From NCBI RefSeq assembly GCF_030144855.1, contig NC_082718.1:32302001-32366000 (forward strand): 64,000 bases of DNA. Reading direction: 5' to 3'. The position numbers and the translations under genes were made by a program. The stretch is from Hypanus sabinus. Taxonomy: Eukaryota. Positions 63,103 through 64,000 of the stretch are shown here, one piece after another (positions within the stretch are counted from its first letter, which is position 1; each line of letters starts with the position of its first letter). The notes under the pieces were generated by a model. That model did not search any database. It worked only from the letters and a program-made list of their open reading frames with translations, and was not told the DNA's origin.

Positions 63103-64000
63103 AGTTTTGACGGACTCAATGTAATAGTTTGGGGTTTGCCTACCGAATCTGACAAAAATAAACTGATAAAAAATCAGCCTTTTAAAATAAGTTGTTAAAC
63201 ACTGCTGCAGTTTGAATTGCCTTTCACTGTCAAAGTAACTAATTCAATTTTCCCATTATAGTGCTTTCAATATATTGTTTGGAATGCTGCAGTTTAGGTT
63301 TTTCTGTGAAGAACGCAGCAAGAGAGAACGCAGATATCCAGAAATGTAAAGTACATTTGTGTTCTGCTGATTATTAATTAAAGTTGCAATCCATGTAGAC
63401 ATTTACAATTTCTTTCTTTGTTCTTAATGGGAAAGCGTTCAGTTGCTATGGCTGTCAGGCAGCTCCACTGCACAACTCATCGGCTTGGCATCCGTTCAAT
63501 ATGTGCTTACGAAGAGGAACTGGCAAAATGAAATGTAGGGGACAGGATCCTGTTGAACTGGACTAGGTTATCTTTACCATCTCAAAAGTAAGTCATAATC
63601 AGAATCTGAATCAGGTCTTTTATAGAACATAGAAAACCTACAGCTTAGTACAGGCCCTTCGGCCCACAATGCTGTGCTGAACATGTCCTTCCTTACCTTA
63701 GAAATTGCCTAGTGTTACCTATAGCCCTCTATTTTTCTAAGTTCCATGTACCTGTCCAGGAGTCTCTTAAAAGACCCCATCGTATCTGCCTCTACCACTG
63801 TTGCCGGCAGCCTGTTCCACGCACTCACCACTCTCAGTGTAAAAACTCACCCCTGACATCTCCTCTGTACCTGCTTCCAAGCACCTTAAAACTGCACCTT
63901 CTCATGTTAGCAATTTCAGCCCTGGGAAGAAACCTCTGACTATCCATACCATCAATGCCTCTCATCATCTTATACACCTCTATCAGGTCACCTCTCATCC

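Noticed and set aside
44717-64000. mapk12 exon 3 (VIGLLDVF...)
   Set aside because: Not found by eye; it probably lies beyond the window. A tBLASTn search would settle it.

Overview
Vertebrate nuclear DNA. The repeat landscape (CR1, Rex1/Babar, Penelope and V-type tRNA SINEs) suggests a cartilaginous fish, probably a ray; this is an inference. The window holds the 3' part of a p38-beta MAP kinase gene (mapk11, exons 5-12, + strand, stop at 28637). About 15.5 kb downstream, on the same strand, lie exons 1-2 of p38-gamma (mapk12, ATG at 44202), matching the mapk11-mapk12 tandem known in mammals. mapk11 intron 8 is a minor-spliceosome (U12-type) intron. The rest is intronic or intergenic and dense in transposons, and most ORFs in the supplied track are TE remnants or noise. 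Main observations: (1) a family of Penelope-like insertions with 9-16 bp target-site duplications whose termini carry a minimal type-I hammerhead ribozyme motif, including ~190-230 nt fold-back mini-elements; (2) minisatellites that arose inside LINE fragments, one keeping four reading frames open for ~1 kb; (3) a 2.36 kb solo LTR inflated by 30-bp and 59-bp arrays and nested in a Gypsy gag; (4) a well-preserved hAT element carrying two solo-LTR-like passengers. Two assembly gaps (N runs) are present. Exon boundaries and TSDs were read base by base; other repeat boundaries are approximate.
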